The notes: generated by a model from the letters alone, not told the origin. A stretch of 64,000 nt of DNA from an uncultured Alphaproteobacteria bacterium (GCA_902546975.1 CACCLU010000004.1:89134-153133), one strand, 5' to 3'. Counted from the stretch's first letter, positions 1 through 11,146 are shown. Program-made: numbers and translations.

Positions 1-757
1 CCGTTACTAAACCAAAACCTGAAGAAATTACTACTGCAATACTCACTTTGTCAAAAGCATATGCAGAGACCAAACAAAAATAACCTGTAGTTTCTAATAT
101 TCCTTGAAAAAATAAAATAGGAACTGCTTTTTTTGTCAGTGTTATTTTAGACTTCATAAAAAATAATAAGGAAGCAATACCCAATAAGCTAAAAAATCTT
201 ACATATATAACAGCCTCAATTGGATTTAAAGAATTAGAGGCCTCTTGAGAAAAAATAAGACCCAAAGCCAGCATACCACTTGCCATAAATGACACAATTA
301 GAGACTCTTTTATCTGTTTTTTTGATAAACCTAGGCTTTCTTTAAAACTATCAGCGCTTATGGATACAAATATTGCGCCGGATATTACAACAAGAGTGGC
401 AATCCACTGAGTCAGTGTGGGTTCACTTCCTAAAAAAAATCTTATGACAAAAACAAAAAAGGGGTTGGTCGCTGTTATCGAGGCTACAATTGATACTGGT
501 CCCATTTGAAGACCTCTGTATAAACAAAGAAGTCCAAACATTATTAAAATTCCTGATAGGAAACTATTACTCAAACCAATCGCGTTTGGAGAAAGACCAC
601 TTCCAAAAAAATAGAATAAAATTAAATAAAATATTGAGCCAACAACCAGCATCCAAAAAAGTGAATTTTTAAATCCAACTTCCTTTGATGAAAATCTAGC
701 TAAAAAATCTCCAACACCAAAACTAAAAGCTGAGAGAATACCCAATAAGATTGCCAT
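1..757 (-). CDS. EamA/DMT family transporter (3' end runs off the window)
   Basis: Hand translation from ATG at 757: MAILLGILSAFSFGVGDFLARFSSKEVGFKNSLFWMLVVGSIF..., a hydrophobic EamA-type N-terminus; absent from the ORF track, presumably because its stop lies outside the window. Confidence 0.8.
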   Translation of the reverse strand, partial: MAILLGILSAFSFGVGDFLARFSSKEVGFKNSLFWMLVVGSIFYLILFYFFGSGLSPNAIGLSNSFLSGILIMFGLLCLYRGLQMGPVSIVASITATNPFFVFVIRFFLGSEPTLTQWIATLVVISGAIFVSISADSFKESLGLSKKQIKESLIVSFMASGMLALGLIFSQEASNSLNPIEAVIYVRFFSLLGIASLLFFMKSKITLTKKAVPILFFQGILETTGYFCLVSAYAFDKVSIAVVISSGFGLVT

Positions 758-772
758 CAATATAACTAAAAT

Positions 773-1108
773 CTAAACGTGAAAACTCTCACCACAACCG
801 CATTCACTAGTCTGATTAGGATTTTTAAAAATAAACCTTTCTCCAAATTCTTCTTTAATAAAGTCCATTTCTGTGCCTATTACATACATAACTGCTTTGT
901 CCTCAATATATAGAGGAAACTTGTAATCATTGACTAGCTCACAACCTTGTATGTTATCATTACTCACATACTCCATTGTATAACTCAATCCCGCACAACC
1001 TTTAGTGCTTAAGCCAATCTTTAAACCAATAGCATTACTATTATTAACTAATAATTTAGAAATTTGTTCTTCAGCAGTTTTGGATAATGAAAATAAAGGA
1101 CTGGTCAT
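773..1108 (-). CDS. sufA: A-type Fe-S carrier (HesB/IscA/SufA family)
   Basis: KGCAGLSY and C-terminal CGCGESF motifs; last gene of the suf operon. Confidence 0.9.
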   Translation of the reverse strand: MTSPLFSLSKTAEEQISKLLVNNSNAIGLKIGLSTKGCAGLSYTMEYVSNDNIQGCELVNDYKFPLYIEDKAVMYVIGTEMDFIKEEFGERFIFKNPNQTSECGCGESFHV

Positions 1109-1109
1109 A

Positions 1110-1499
1110 CTAAAAACCTAAAACTAACTTAGCATTTTCACTCATCATATCTTTATTCCATGGTGGTTGAAAGGTTAGTTTTATACTGACTTGTCCTACA
1201 TCATTTAGTTCATGGACTTTTTTAGCAACCTCTAATGGAAAACTATCAGCAACTGGACAGTTAACTGTTGTCAGTGTCATGATAATTTTAATATTGTTAA
1301 AATTATCTATTGATATGTCGTAAATTAAACCAAGATCATAAATATTCATATCCATTTCAGGATCTTTTATATCTGTGAGAACTTTGATTATATGATCATT
1401 TGTTAATGTCACTGACTGTGATGACGATTTTTCTCCGTAAGTAATCTCACCTTCAGAACTTACTTTTGGCATAAAGTCAGAGAGTGTTTTATTATCCAT
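1110..1499 (-). CDS. sufT: SUF Fe-S assembly factor, DUF59/MIP18 (SufT-like)
   Basis: DPEMDMNIYDLGLIY, MTLTTVNCP and FQPPW motifs. Confidence 0.85.
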   Translation of the reverse strand: MDNKTLSDFMPKVSSEGEITYGEKSSSQSVTLTNDHIIKVLTDIKDPEMDMNIYDLGLIYDISIDNFNNIKIIMTLTTVNCPVADSFPLEVAKKVHELNDVGQVSIKLTFQPPWNKDMMSENAKLVLGF

Positions 1500-1502
1500 A
1501 GC

Positions 1503-2711
1503 CTATTGAAGAAGTTTTAGAGTTTTTTTCAAAGAGTCTATAAAATGATCAATATCATTAAGATCGTTATAAATACCAAAAGAGACTCTGCAAGAACCAG
1601 GGATACCTAACTTTTTCATAAATGGTTGGCAACAATGGTGACCTCCTCTAATCATAATTCCATACTGGTCAAGAAAAGTGGCAATATCATTAAAATTTTG
1701 GTTTTTAACATTAAAAGAAACAATGGATGTAGCATTTCCATCTTCATTAGAGCCATATATATCTACTTCTTTGAATTCACGTAAAGCTTTAATTAATGTA
1801 GATCTGAGTTTTTTTTCATTCAGAAAATAGTCTTGGTAATTATTATTATTCAAATATTCCATAGCGGTTTTAAAGCCAATTGCTGCCTCAATTGAAGGCG
1901 TACCCGGTTCAAATTTATTAGGTAACATAGCATAGGAAAAATCATTAGATGAAACTTCATTGATCATCCCTCCTCCAAGTGTTGGAGGATTTAATTTATT
2001 TAAAATATCTTCTTTACCATACATAATTCCAATACCAGATGGACCATAAAGTTTATGAGATGAAAAAGAGTAAAAATCACAATCTAAATCTTTTACGTCT
2101 ATTTTTAAGTGTGCTATTGATTGACAACCATCAACGGCAACATAAGTATCTTTATTAATTGATTTTTTAATCTTTTTAATATCAAGTATTTGGCCAGTTA
2201 CATTTGACATGTGTGTTAAAGAGAGAACCTTTGTGGAGTCATCACAATTATTAATGATATCGTCTTCAGATAGAATGCCATCTTTCAAAATAGGAATTAT
2301 TTTTAATTCTAAACCTAATTTTTTACATAAGTTCATCCAAGGCAAATAGTTTGAGTGATGTTCTAATTCTGTCACAACAATATTATCGCCCTCTTTAAGA
2401 TGTTCAGCTAATGAATTAGCAATAATATTTATAGAGTCAGTAGCCCCTCTTGTAAAAATTATTTCATCTGTAGAGTTAGAATTAATAAAATTTTTTGCTA
2501 CATCTCTAGATTTTTCATATAAATCTGTAGCATCTATACTAAGTGAATTCATTCCTCTATGAACATTTTCATAAGAATTTTCTAAAAATTCAGAAATAGA
2601 GTTAATTACTTGTTTGGGTTTCTGAGTACTTGCTGCAGAGTCAAGATAAGTAATAGCTTTGTCTCTAATCTTTTTATCTAAAATTGGAAAATCTAATTTA
2701 ATATTATTCAT
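1503..2711 (-). CDS. sufS: SufS-type cysteine desulfurase
   Basis: YLDSAASTQKP, PLP lysine in FSSHKLYGPSG, catalytic RGGHHCCQP. Confidence 0.95.
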   Translation of the reverse strand: MNNIKLDFPILDKKIRDKAITYLDSAASTQKPKQVINSISEFLENSYENVHRGMNSLSIDATDLYEKSRDVAKNFINSNSTDEIIFTRGATDSINIIANSLAEHLKEGDNIVVTELEHHSNYLPWMNLCKKLGLELKIIPILKDGILSEDDIINNCDDSTKVLSLTHMSNVTGQILDIKKIKKSINKDTYVAVDGCQSIAHLKIDVKDLDCDFYSFSSHKLYGPSGIGIMYGKEDILNKLNPPTLGGGMINEVSSNDFSYAMLPNKFEPGTPSIEAAIGFKTAMEYLNNNNYQDYFLNEKKLRSTLIKALREFKEVDIYGSNEDGNATSIVSFNVKNQNFNDIATFLDQYGIMIRGGHHCCQPFMKKLGIPGSCRVSFGIYNDLNDIDHFIDSLKKTLKLLQ

Positions 2712-3808
2712 GATAATAAACTTTCAATTAACTCATTTGAATAATTCTTTAGCATATCATCTTTTATTGACTCAATAATCTCAACAATAAATGCTTTTTT
2801 TAATATTTTTTTAGCTATTTCGCTATCAATTCCTCTGGACTTAAAATAATAAATTTGCTCGTCATCTAATTTGGAAACAGTAGACCCGTGACTACATTTT
2901 ACATCATCTGCATAAATTTCAAGTTCTGGTTTATTGTTGGCTTTCGATATGTCATCTAAAAGCAACGATCTGCTCATTTGATATCCATCAGTTTTCTGAG
3001 CAATAGAGTCAACATATATCTTTCCTTGAAAGTTTGTAATAGCGCCCTTCTCAACAATAGATTTAAAAATTTCTCTACTTGACGAAGAAGGCTTTAAATG
3101 TTGTATAAATGAATAATTGTCATTTACACCATAATTGTTGATATTAAGACCATATAAATCAAAATTACATTCGTGATTTAATGATGCATAAAACTCGTTT
3201 CTTGTATGGATATTATCTGATTGAAAAGAAACAAAGTTTAAATAAGAGTTGTCTTGTAAATTAGTCTCAAAGTATAAAAAAGATTTATTATTTGAAACAT
3301 TATAGTGAACTACATTTAACTTAGAACTATTAGATAAATCTAAGAAAATTGATTTAGGGTACTCATCATTTGATTTGCTATTAAAAATAATAAGATTGAC
3401 TTCGTTTGTAGAGGATTTAGATATATGTATGTTCTCATTTATTTGAGAAATATCTAAAAATAAATTTCTATCATCAAATGTATCTAAATTTACAGATTTA
3501 GTTTCCCTTTTTACTAAAGAGGAGACTCTAAAAAAGCTATCTTCATTATTGTAATTCCAGAGATTTAAATTAGTTGTCAAATCAAATGGATTTGAAATAT
3601 AAGAGGTAATATTTTTGGTATTATCTAATAGTTTAGAAAAATTTATATCTCTAAGTAAGATTTCGGATTTGACTTCTTTATGGAGTTGAGCGTATTTATA
3701 ATTTTCAATTTTAAAATTTTTATATGGGTTTTGATTATCTAAGATGTCTTTAGCATATTGAGATACACTTTCAGATTGTATCTTGTCTAAATTTAATACA
3801 AGTTCCAT
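2708..3808 (-). CDS. sufD: Fe-S assembly protein SufD (divergent N-terminus)
   Basis: C-terminal KPELEIYADDVKCSHGSTV; position between sufC and sufS. Confidence 0.9.
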   Translation of the reverse strand: MELVLNLDKIQSESVSQYAKDILDNQNPYKNFKIENYKYAQLHKEVKSEILLRDINFSKLLDNTKNITSYISNPFDLTTNLNLWNYNNEDSFFRVSSLVKRETKSVNLDTFDDRNLFLDISQINENIHISKSSTNEVNLIIFNSKSNDEYPKSIFLDLSNSSKLNVVHYNVSNNKSFLYFETNLQDNSYLNFVSFQSDNIHTRNEFYASLNHECNFDLYGLNINNYGVNDNYSFIQHLKPSSSSREIFKSIVEKGAITNFQGKIYVDSIAQKTDGYQMSRSLLLDDISKANNKPELEIYADDVKCSHGSTVSKLDDEQIYYFKSRGIDSEIAKKILKKAFIVEIIESIKDDMLKNYSNELIESLLS

Positions 3809-4554
3809 TAGGCGGTTTGAGATATCTCTTCGTAACCTTTTTCTTCTAGCTCTAAAGCTAAAGAGTAATCACCAGATTTTACGATTTTACCATCTGCAAT
3901 AATATGAACAAAATCAGGCTTTATATAATTTAAAAGTCTTTGATAATGAGTAATGACTAAGAAAGAATTATCATTATTTCTTAATTTATTTACTCCCTCA
4001 GAGACAATTCTTAAGGCATCAATATCTAAACCGGAGTCTGTTTCATCTAAAATAGCCATTTTGGGACTTAACATAGACATCTGTAAAATTTCTTGTTTCT
4101 TTTTTTCACCACCAGAGTAGTTAACATTTAGATCTCTTTTAAGCATTTCAGTACTTATATTCAATTCTTCTGCTTTTGATTTCATTAATTTAGCAAATTC
4201 TAATGCGTCCATTTCACTTTGACCTAAATATTTTCTTTTAGAATTGATTGCTGTTTTCAAAAAAAATGAAGTTTGCACACCAGGTATCTCCATTGGATAT
4301 TGAAATGCAAGAAATAATCCCTCGTTTGCTCTTTCATCAACATCTAATTCCAATAAATTTTTTCCATTGTAATCTATTGTTCCATCATTTATTTCATATT
4401 TATCTTTACCAGATAGCACGTAAGAGAGTGTGCTTTTACCAGAACCGTTAGGGCCCATAAGTGCGTGAACCTCACCTTTATTAATAGATAAATCCAAACC
4501 TTTAATTATTTTTTTTTCTTCAATAGAGACATGAAGGTTTTTAATTTCTAACAT
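3808..4554 (-). CDS. sufC: Fe-S assembly ATPase SufC
   Basis: Walker A GPNGSGKST, signature YSGGEKK, LDETDSGLDIDAL. Confidence 0.96.
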   Translation of the reverse strand: MLEIKNLHVSIEEKKIIKGLDLSINKGEVHALMGPNGSGKSTLSYVLSGKDKYEINDGTIDYNGKNLLELDVDERANEGLFLAFQYPMEIPGVQTSFFLKTAINSKRKYLGQSEMDALEFAKLMKSKAEELNISTEMLKRDLNVNYSGGEKKKQEILQMSMLSPKMAILDETDSGLDIDALRIVSEGVNKLRNNDNSFLVITHYQRLLNYIKPDFVHIIADGKIVKSGDYSLALELEEKGYEEISQTA

Positions 4555-6011
4555 TATCCAACGCTTCCCTCTAAGCTAATTGCGACTAATTTTTGAGCTT
4601 CAACAGCAAATTCCATTGGTAAATGTTGAAGTACCTCTTTACAAAAACCATTCACAATTAACCCTACTGCATCTTCACTGTTTAATCCTCTTTGCTGACA
4701 GTAAAATAATTGATCTTCGTTAATTTTTGAGGTTGTGGCCTCGTGCTCAACCATTGAGTCGGAATTACTTGACTCTATATATGGAACTGTATGAGCTCCA
4801 CATTGATTGCCTATTAATAGAGAGTCACATTGAGTAAAATTTCTCGCATTTTTGGCTTTCGACAAAATATTTACAAGGCCTCTATATGTATTATTAGCTT
4901 TTCCAGCTGAAATGCCTTTTGATATGATTTTAGAAGACGTGTTTTTACCAATGTGTATCATTTTTGTGCCAGTGTCAGCTTGTTGCATATTGTTAGTTAT
5001 GGCTACTGAATAAAATTCTCCTTTAGAGTTATCTCCTTGTAAAATGCAGCTTGGATATTTCCATGTAATTGCAGATCCTGTCTCGACTTGAGTCCAAGAT
5101 ATTTTAGAATTTTTCCCTCTGCAGGCACCTCTTTTGGTTACAAAGTTGTAGATGCCTCCCTTACCCTCTTTATCTCCTGGGTACCAGTTTTGAACTGTTG
5201 AATACTTAATTTCAGCATTATCTAGGGCAACTAACTCTACATTAGCAGCATGAAGTTGGTTTTCATCTCTCATTGGTGCAGTACAGCCTTCTAGGTAACT
5301 CACATAACTGTCTTTATCAGCGATTATAAGCGTTCTTTCGAATTGACCTGTGTTCATTGCATTAATTCTAAAATATGTTGATAATTCAACTGGGCACCTT
5401 ACTCCCTCAGGAATGTAAATAAATGATCCATCAGTGAAAACGGCTGAGTTTAATGCTGCGAAAGAATGATCTGATACTGGAATTACACTTCCTAGATATT
5501 TTTTTACTAATTCTGGGTGAGTTTTTACTGCCTCAGAAATTGAACAAAATACTATACCTAAGTCACTCAGTTGTTTTTTATATGTCGTGGCAACTGATAC
5601 GGAGTCGAAAACAGCATCAACAGCTATACCAGATAACATTTTTTGTTCTTTTAATGGAATTCCAAGTTTTTCATAAGTTTTTAGTATTTCTGGGTCTATT
5701 TCATCTAGTGACTTTGGTTTATCTTTTAAACTTTTGGGTATTGAGTAATAATAACAATCTTGATAATCAATTTCTGGAATATTCAATTTAGCCCATTGAG
5801 GCTTCGGTAATTTGTTGAAGACTTTAAATGCATTTAGTCTCCATTCAAGCATCCACTCTGGTTCATCTTTTTGGGCAGATATGAATTTTATTATTTCTTC
5901 ATTTAAACCTTTTGGAGGTCGGATCTCGTCTACTTCAGTAGAAAAACCATATTTGTAATCACTACTACCTAGTGTGTTTACTTGTTTAATTGTTTGTTCT
6001 GTAGCTGCCAT
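4554..6011 (-). CDS. sufB: Fe-S assembly scaffold SufB
   Basis: [32 protein letters not shown] motifs. Confidence 0.97.
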   Translation of the reverse strand: MAATEQTIKQVNTLGSSDYKYGFSTEVDEIRPPKGLNEEIIKFISAQKDEPEWMLEWRLNAFKVFNKLPKPQWAKLNIPEIDYQDCYYYSIPKSLKDKPKSLDEIDPEILKTYEKLGIPLKEQKMLSGIAVDAVFDSVSVATTYKKQLSDLGIVFCSISEAVKTHPELVKKYLGSVIPVSDHSFAALNSAVFTDGSFIYIPEGVRCPVELSTYFRINAMNTGQFERTLIIADKDSYVSYLEGCTAPMRDENQLHAANVELVALDNAEIKYSTVQNWYPGDKEGKGGIYNFVTKRGACRGKNSKISWTQVETGSAITWKYPSCILQGDNSKGEFYSVAITNNMQQADTGTKMIHIGKNTSSKIISKGISAGKANNTYRGLVNILSKAKNARNFTQCDSLLIGNQCGAHTVPYIESSNSDSMVEHEATTSKINEDQLFYCQQRGLNSEDAVGLIVNGFCKEVLQHLPMEFAVEAQKLVAISLEGSVG

Positions 6012-6071
6012 AGGTCTCGATATATATGATAAATAAGGATTTTTACAAGAAAATACGAGTAAATACCCTAA

Positions 6072-7172
6072 TTAGTTCAGTTTCTGTTTAATAATCCCAC
6101 CACCTAAAACCCTATCATTATCATACAAAACACAAGCTTGACCTTTTGTAATTGCCTCTGCGGGTTCATCAAACTCAAAAGAGTAGGAAGTAGATTGTTT
6201 AATTAGTTTTCCCTTTTTTGGTTCAGATAAAGATCTAATTTTTGCACTACAAGGAATTTCAACAATTTTTTTGGAAAGGTCGTACTCTGGCATAATAAAA
6301 TTCAAATCACCTAATAAGAGGGATTTACCTAACAAATCTTTCTTATCACCAACAATTATTTGGTTTTTATCTTTAATGATATCAACAACATAAAGTGGGT
6401 CTTCATTTGCTATACCTAAGCCTCTTCTTTGACCAACTGTAAAATTTTGAATACCGTCATGAAAAGATAAAACATTACCTAAAAGGTCGAGTATTTCACC
6501 TTTCTTCTTATTTGACTTAATAAATTTTTTATAATCTCCATCTGGAATGAAACATATATCTTGACTATCCTTCTTGTCATAAACGATAAGACCAAGATCC
6601 TCTGCTATTTTTCTAGTTTCTGCTTTAGATATCTCACCAAGAGGAAATCTTAGGTAATCTAATTGATCCTGTGTTGTTGCAAATAGAAAATAACTTTGAT
6701 CCTTCGATTTATCCTCAGCCCTATACATATGGGCATCTTTAGTTTTACCTTTTCTTCTAATGTAATGACCTGTTGCCATACAATCTGCCTCTAATTTTTT
6801 TGCAAAGTTCATTAAATCTCTAAACTTGACAGTCTCATTACACTTAACACAAGGTATGGGTGTCTCACCATTTTCGTAAGCGTTGATAAAGTAATCGATT
6901 ACATCTGATTTAAATGTTTTTTCATAATTAAATACATAATGGGGTATATCTAATTTTTGGGCAACTCTTCTAGCGTCATAAATATCAAGACCAGAACAAC
7001 AAGAACCTTTTTTTGCAGAGTTATTAGAAGTATAGAGCTGAAGAGTTATACCTATAACATTGTATCCCTCTTTTTTTAATAGACCAGCTGTGACAGAACT
7101 ATCTACTCCACCAGACATAGCAACCACCACTGTTGTGCTTGATGGATCTTTATTAAAACCTAATGAATTCAT
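6072..7172 (-). CDS. mnmA: tRNA 2-thiouridine(34) synthase
   Basis: AMSGGVDSSV, PCVKCNETVKF, ATGHY, KDQSYFL, DSQDICF, GQACVLY. Confidence 0.96.
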   Translation of the reverse strand: MNSLGFNKDPSSTTVVVAMSGGVDSSVTAGLLKKEGYNVIGITLQLYTSNNSAKKGSCCSGLDIYDARRVAQKLDIPHYVFNYEKTFKSDVIDYFINAYENGETPIPCVKCNETVKFRDLMNFAKKLEADCMATGHYIRRKGKTKDAHMYRAEDKSKDQSYFLFATTQDQLDYLRFPLGEISKAETRKIAEDLGLIVYDKKDSQDICFIPDGDYKKFIKSNKKKGEILDLLGNVLSFHDGIQNFTVGQRRGLGIANEDPLYVVDIIKDKNQIIVGDKKDLLGKSLLLGDLNFIMPEYDLSKKIVEIPCSAKIRSLSEPKKGKLIKQSTSYSFEFDEPAEAITKGQACVLYDNDRVLGGGIIKQKLN

Positions 7173-7204
7173 TTATAACTTGCTTTTTTTATCAAAAGTA
7201 ATCT

Positions 7205-7861
7205 ATGATCTCTTCTTTAATTATGCCAGAAGTATTTATACAAGGTGGTGAAGGTAAACTTCAAGCCAAATACTCACCTAGTGAACAAGAAAAACCAAAT
7301 ATAGCTATAATTCTCCATCCCAATCCTAAACACGGTGGAACTATGGACACTAAAGTTAATTATGCTGCATTTAAAGTGATGAAAGATGCGGGTTTTTCAA
7401 CGCTAAGAATAAATTTTCGCGGTGTTGGTAAGAGTGATGGTGCCTTTACTGAGGGAGAGGGAGAGCTAAATGATGCAAGTGTCTCTTTAGATTGGCTCCA
7501 AAAAAAAAATGAGGATTTTAGGTCTTGTTGGATTGTAGGATTCTCCTTTGGTGCATGGATTGGATTTCAAACTCTAATGAGAAGACCAGAAGTAGATGGA
7601 TTAATTTTAATAGCCCCACCTGTAAATTTGTACGATTTTAATTTTTTATCACCCTGTCCTATCAAAACATTGATAGTTAGAGCTGAACAAGATGAAATAG
7701 TAAAAAGAGATAACTTAAAAGAATTTTTTGAAACATTTAAAAAACAAAAAAATGCGGAAGTGTCAATGGAAACTATCTCAAAATCAAATCACTTATTTGA
7801 GGGAAAGCTAGATCCTCTTATGAACACTTTAAATAAGTATATTCAAAAACACAAAAGCTAA
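7205..7861 (+). CDS. Alpha/beta fold hydrolase of the conserved alphaproteobacterial isc/suf-adjacent type
   Basis: LHPNPKHGGTMD, NFRGVGKSDG, nucleophile elbow GFSFGAW, C-terminal NHLF. Confidence 0.85.
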   Translation: MISSLIMPEVFIQGGEGKLQAKYSPSEQEKPNIAIILHPNPKHGGTMDTKVNYAAFKVMKDAGFSTLRINFRGVGKSDGAFTEGEGELNDASVSLDWLQKKNEDFRSCWIVGFSFGAWIGFQTLMRRPEVDGLILIAPPVNLYDFNFLSPCPIKTLIVRAEQDEIVKRDNLKEFFETFKKQKNAEVSMETISKSNHLFEGKLDPLMNTLNKYIQKHKS

Positions 7862-8907
7862 CACTTTTCACCTAAGTAAATATTTTTTAAAACTTTTGTA
7901 GTTTCATAATATGTAGATTGTTTTTTTAGCATATATCTTATACCAAGTAATGCCATTCCTTGGGATTCAATGAAATCTCCGTCTATTTGGTAATTATCAA
8001 TTAAAGAAATGTTATCAAAATACTCAGTGAAAATTTTTTGTAAAGTTAGATTTTTTCTTCCACCGCCCATTAAAATAATTTTGAATTCTGATTGCAAGGA
8101 AATCAAAGAATTAATAGCAAATGGAATAACTTCAAGTAATGTATAAATTAAATCATTTAAATTTTTATCTTTAATAGAATTATCTATATATTTATGAAAA
8201 TAATTTCTGTCTAAAGATTTAGGAAGTTTTTCTAAAAAATACTTGTCACTTATTATTCTGTTAAATAGAACATCAATTTTTTGACCATTATTAGATAATG
8301 AACCATCAACATCAAATCTTTCTTTAGTTTTTTCAAAAATTAAATCATTAACGACGGCATTACCAAAAGAACTATCACCAGCAGTAATTTTTTGGTTATC
8401 AATAACAGTTATATTAGTAACACCTCCTATATTGACAAAAATAACCTTTTTTAAATCTAGTTGATTAGCTAAGACTCGGTGGAATTCTGGCATTATTGGT
8501 GCCCCATTACCACCATTTAACAAATCATTTTTTCTAAAGTTACATATAACAGGAGAGTTAGTGTTAAATCTAATACTCTTATCAAATAGTTGTATTGAAA
8601 TTTTTGTTTTTTGATCGTGGTATATTGTTTGTCCATGCATTGCAATTAAGTCTATTTCGAAATTATTTTTTTTAATAAAATTGTTTATAGAATCCTTATA
8701 TTCTTGATTTAGCTGGTTTATAACTTTGGTATCGTCTAGGTATCCTTTCAAAATTACATTACGTAATTTTAATTGCAGGTCATCACTATATGGAATGAAT
8801 TCATTTGATATATCAGTGACATATGAAACTCCATCAGATTTGACCAAGCTACAATCAATACCATCTAAAGAAGTACCAGACATGCAACCGAGGGCGATAT
8901 ATTCCAT
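7858..8907 (-). CDS. anmK: Anhydro-N-acetylmuramic acid kinase
   Basis: GCMSGTSLDGID, HGQTIYH, GGNGAP, NIGGVTNIT. Confidence 0.92.
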   Translation of the reverse strand: MEYIALGCMSGTSLDGIDCSLVKSDGVSYVTDISNEFIPYSDDLQLKLRNVILKGYLDDTKVINQLNQEYKDSINNFIKKNNFEIDLIAMHGQTIYHDQKTKISIQLFDKSIRFNTNSPVICNFRKNDLLNGGNGAPIMPEFHRVLANQLDLKKVIFVNIGGVTNITVIDNQKITAGDSSFGNAVVNDLIFEKTKERFDVDGSLSNNGQKIDVLFNRIISDKYFLEKLPKSLDRNYFHKYIDNSIKDKNLNDLIYTLLEVIPFAINSLISLQSEFKIILMGGGRKNLTLQKIFTEYFDNISLIDNYQIDGDFIESQGMALLGIRYMLKKQSTYYETTKVLKNIYLGEKC

Positions 8908-8940
8908 TTGATATCTATAAAATTATGTTAATTATTATAT

Positions 8941-10137
8941 ATGATAGATTATATACAGTTATTTAAAGATAGAAATCTATTCAATCAATGCACTAATGAA
9001 ATAGAACTTAATAATTTACTCAATAAGAAAAAAATTATTTTTTATATTGGATTTGATGCAACTGCTGATGCATTACATGCCGGAAGTCTTGTTCAATTAA
9101 GAGCTATTAAGACTCTAATCAAACATGGTCATCAGGCTATAGTACTATTAGGTGGAGGCACAACAAAAATTGGTGACCCCTCTGGCAAAGATGCCTCAAG
9201 ACAAATTTTAACTTACGAAACAATCCAAAAAAATATTGAGAATTTTAAAAGAATATTTGAACATTATTTTAGAGATTTGAAAGAAAATATAAAATTTATA
9301 AATAATGATCAATGGCTTGATAAATTAAATTACATAGAGTTATTGAGAGATTTGGGAAGTCAAGTTTCAATCAATCGTATGCTTACATTTGAGAGTGTTA
9401 AAGAGAGACTTAAAAGAGAGCAATCATTATCATTTTTAGAATTTAATTACATGATACTCCAAAGTTATGATTTTCTTCACTTAAATAAACATGAAAATTG
9501 TGAGTTGCAAATTGGCGGCTCGGATCAATGGGGTAATATCGTTTTGGGTATGGAAATTATATCAAAAATAAACAAAAAAGATGCTTTTGGTCTGACTACA
9601 CCTCTTTTAACTACCTCTACAGGTAAGAAGATGGGCAAGACCGAGCAAGGCGCTGTCTGGATAGATCAAAATAAATACAGCTCTTACGATTTCTATCAGT
9701 ATTGGAGAAATGTGGATGATAATGATGTGGAAAAACTATTACTTATTTTTAGTGATTTAGACAAAGAAGAAATAAAAATATTAATTAAAGAAGATATCAA
9801 TAATGCGAAAAAAAAATTAGCATATTTAGTGACAACAGATTGTCATTCAGAAAGCTCAGCACATGAGGCTGAAGAAAAAGCAAGATCAATTTTTGAAAAT
9901 AATTCTTTCGATAATATTGATGAAATTAACTTTAAAATAGACTCAAAACTCATAGATACACTAACATCCAATAGTACGGTCTCATCAAAATCTGAAGCAA
10001 AAAGGCTAATCGAGGGTGGTGGTATAAAGATTGACGACGAGCAAATCAACGATATTAATCTTACTATTGATAAGTCTTATAACGGAAAAATACTCAAGAT
10101 TGGTAAAAAAAAATATTTTAAAATTATCGTTAAGTAA
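8941..10137 (+). CDS. tyrS: Tyrosine--tRNA ligase
   Basis: YIGFDATADALHAGS, QIGGSDQWGNI, KMGKT, C-terminal S4 domain. Confidence 0.97.
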   Translation: MIDYIQLFKDRNLFNQCTNEIELNNLLNKKKIIFYIGFDATADALHAGSLVQLRAIKTLIKHGHQAIVLLGGGTTKIGDPSGKDASRQILTYETIQKNIENFKRIFEHYFRDLKENIKFINNDQWLDKLNYIELLRDLGSQVSINRMLTFESVKERLKREQSLSFLEFNYMILQSYDFLHLNKHENCELQIGGSDQWGNIVLGMEIISKINKKDAFGLTTPLLTTSTGKKMGKTEQGAVWIDQNKYSSYDFYQYWRNVDDNDVEKLLLIFSDLDKEEIKILIKEDINNAKKKLAYLVTTDCHSESSAHEAEEKARSIFENNSFDNIDEINFKIDSKLIDTLTSNSTVSSKSEAKRLIEGGGIKIDDEQINDINLTIDKSYNGKILKIGKKKYFKIIVK

Positions 10138-11146
10138 CCAATATATCTTTTATAGCATCATTAACAAAATTTAAATCATCTTTGGACTTACCTTCTCCAG
10201 CATAGTGACCGTAGCTTGAAGGAATGATTCGTAATTCACCATTTTTAATATTTTTTAATTCAATTTCATTATCCTCTGGGGGGAAGTATAAATCATTTTT
10301 ACCTGGCATTAAAATACATCGCGCAGTAATAGAGTTAAGAGCTTTATCAAATTGATTATTAAATTTATTATTGTTGCTAATGTCGTGCTCTTGCCAAGTT
10401 CTTATCATCGCTAATAAATCATTTGCATCCTTACGATAATAAATTCTATTCCAAAGTTTATCCAAAACTTCTTTTGCATCTTTGTAACCATCATCGATAT
10501 ATTTTTTTTCCCTAAACCAGTCTTGCCCATGCGCCCATCCAGCCCATACTCTTGCCATTGTTGTTTTTCCATTTTGAGGTTGTTTTTCATAAATTCCAGA
10601 ATTCCAGTTTGGATCTGAAGTCAAAGCAGCATATACACCCTCTAAAAATACATATGTATGCTCTGTGGTTTTCGCATGACCACACATTGAAATCATATTT
10701 TCTACCATGTCTGGAAAATATGACGCCCACTGAAAAGCTTGTTGTCCTCCCATTGACCAGCCTATTACTAATTTAATTTTTTCTATGTTAAATATTTCTT
10801 TTAGAAGTGTGTATTGTGCTTGCACGTTATCATATATTGTAATTAAGGGAAAATTAGGTCCATTAAAGGGTTTTTCTGTATTACTGGGTGAGGATGAAAC
10901 ACCATTACAAAACATATTTGGAATAATGATGAAATATTTATCTGGATCTATGGGAAAATTATTACCAATCAGATATCCTTGCTCAAGATGTGTACCAGCA
11001 TACCTAGTAGGAAATAAAATTACATTTGATTTGTCAGAATTTAGTTTCCCAAATGCTAAATAATTTAATTGTAAATCTATTATGTCACCTGATTTTAATT
11101 TGAAATTATTTAGTTGGTATTTATGTAGTTCCTCTTTACTAATCAA
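10130..11146 (-). CDS. Homoserine O-acetyltransferase-like (MetX-fold) alpha/beta hydrolase; substrate unknown
   Basis: IIIPNMFCNGVSSSPSN, GWSMGGQQAFQWA nucleophile elbow, DLYFPP Asp, YGHYAG His. Confidence 0.7.
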   Translation of the reverse strand: MISKEELHKYQLNNFKLKSGDIIDLQLNYLAFGKLNSDKSNVILFPTRYAGTHLEQGYLIGNNFPIDPDKYFIIIPNMFCNGVSSSPSNTEKPFNGPNFPLITIYDNVQAQYTLLKEIFNIEKIKLVIGWSMGGQQAFQWASYFPDMVENMISMCGHAKTTEHTYVFLEGVYAALTSDPNWNSGIYEKQPQNGKTTMARVWAGWAHGQDWFREKKYIDDGYKDAKEVLDKLWNRIYYRKDANDLLAMIRTWQEHDISNNNKFNNQFDKALNSITARCILMPGKNDLYFPPEDNEIELKNIKNGELRIIPSSYGHYAGEGKSKDDLNFVNDAIKDILVT

